Assembly: GCA_010093705.1 (NCBI GenBank)
Contig: MU006097.1
Coordinates: 1-64,000, forward strand
From: Patellaria atrata CBS 101060
Lineage: Eukaryota
Reading direction: 5' to 3'
Length of the DNA: 64,000 nucleotides
The notes below the pieces were generated by a model that was given only the letters and a program-made list of their open reading frames with translations, did no database searches and was not told where the DNA came from. Below are positions 63,064 through 64,000 of this stretch, piece by piece; the stretch's first letter is position 1, and every line of letters begins with the position of its first letter. A program made the position numbers and the translations under genes.

Positions 63064-64000
63064 ATGACCCTCCCCAACTCCAAAAAGCGCAGAGCTCCCA
63101 GCTCCCCATCTCCCACCCGCGACGTACGACGAAAGCTCTCCTCAACGCATCCATCCACCCTCTCGCCCGACTCCAGCCACGCACCATCCTCACCTCCCGC
63201 AAACACCTCCACCTCCGCCTCCCCCTCTCCCTCCTCATCAACAAGTCTACCATCCGCATTAGACTCGTCTATACTAGTCGACAGCTCACCGTCACCGCCA
63301 CCCTACTCCTCCTCCTCCTCGCCATCCTCCAGTTCCTCAGAAGCATCCAGCTCCTCAGTCTCCTCGCACAACTCAGTCCGCAGGAGCAACCTGCTACCCT
63401 TCCGCTCCGAATCGCCCTCGAGCTCCTCAAGCGCGGACGACTCATCCCTCGTCTCAAATTCCTCTATACCTCCGACATCGTCCATACCTCCCAGTTCTTC
63501 TATTCCCCCAACCTCATCTATATCACCAACCTCGTCAATATCTCCGAGCTCCCCTTCCCCATCTCCCTCCCCCTCCCCTTCCTCCGAAAAAGAAGAAGAA
63601 AAAGAAAAAGAAGAACGAGAAGAACGAGAAGAAGAAGATCCCATCCCCCAAACGTCCCTACACCTCCCCCCCCTCCCCACCCTGCTATCCTCCACCCTAC
63701 CCCTCCAAGCGAAACTCAAATCCTTCATCCCCTCCCTCGCGGCTGCAAACCGCGCCCTAGAAATCGCACGCACCGAAAACCGCCTGTCCGACCAACGATT
63801 TGAAATCTCTGTCACCTCCGCTTCTTCCTCTGCTTCTTCCTCCGCTTCTTCCTCCGCTTCTTCCTCCGCTTCCTCCTCTACCTCTGATTCCGGCGACAAC
63901 AACCCGAAGAGGAAGAGGAAGAACAAGAAGAAAAGAAAACCCTACATCGAGATGAACCTAGCCCTCGGTGTTCTGGAGCACAAGAACAGAGAGCAAAATC
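63064..64000 (+). CDS. DUF4598 / NOPCHAP1-like protein, partial (runs off window)
   Basis: An open frame from ATG 63064 with no stop, so it is missing from the ORF track. A Ser/Pro-rich N-terminus is followed by LQAKLKSFIPSLAAANRALE...FEI and YIEMNLALGVLE. Confidence 0.75.
   Translation, partial: MTLPNSKKRRAPSSPSPTRDVRRKLSSTHPSTLSPDSSHAPSSPPANTSTSASPSPSSSTSLPSALDSSILVDSSPSPPPYSSSSSPSSSSSEASSSSVSSHNSVRRSNLLPFRSESPSSSSSADDSSLVSNSSIPPTSSIPPSSSIPPTSSISPTSSISPSSPSPSPSPSPSSEKEEEKEKEEREEREEEDPIPQTSLHLPPLPTLLSSTLPLQAKLKSFIPSLAAANRALEIARTENRLSDQRFEISVTSASSSASSSASSSASSSASSSTSDSGDNNPKRKRKNKKKRKPYIEMNLALGVLEHKNREQN
63460..63549 (+). repeat. Five degenerate 18-bp coding repeats (SSI[P/S]P[T/S])
   Basis: SSIPPT-SSIPPS-SSIPPT-SSISPT-SSISPS in the DUF4598 frame. 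Confidence 0.75.
63815..63880 (+). repeat. 12-bp tandem repeat GCTTCTTCCTCC (about 5 copies)
   Basis: Directly visible; encodes (ASSS)n. Confidence 0.9.

Noticed and set aside
62895..63926. ORFs 62895-63803 (+) and 63303-63926 (-)
   Set aside because: These are alternative-frame and antisense shadows of the low-complexity DUF4598 gene, whose conserved motifs lie in the frame starting at 63064.

Overview
Eukaryotic DNA from a filamentous ascomycete (Pezizomycotina, inferred from short GT-AG introns with CTRAC branch points and from gene content). About 1-7.5 kb is an accessory, decaying block: LINE and Ty3/gypsy relics, a 3'-truncated short-chain dehydrogenase, a frameshifted MARVEL-like gene and a candidate MITE. 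The rest is gene-dense core genome: HEM3, IRC6/p34, SmD3, a Ser/Thr kinase, aprataxin, a DHX57-like helicase, RPL22, LCB2, U1-70K, MRPL51, TPI1, cullin-4, importin-alpha, POT1, TRAP-alpha/IRC22, a CCCH protein, TFIIIC Tfc3, DUF1264, an eIF4E-like protein, an EF-hand protein and a DUF4598 protein running off the end. The strongest candidate for an undescribed system is a putative autoregulatory RNA circuit in the U1-70K gene. Its intron 2 carries a hairpin whose loop resembles U1 snRNA stem-loop I and overlaps the branch point, and also a competing frameshifting donor. The region past the stop codon holds a cluster of 5'-splice-site-like motifs and an exact copy of the U1 snRNA 5' end that can fold back on one of them. 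Also notable are an HMG-box-like segment fused to the kinase, and repeated C-rich to G-rich skew flips that ignore gene orientation. All family assignments come from motif recognition by eye; no searches were run.
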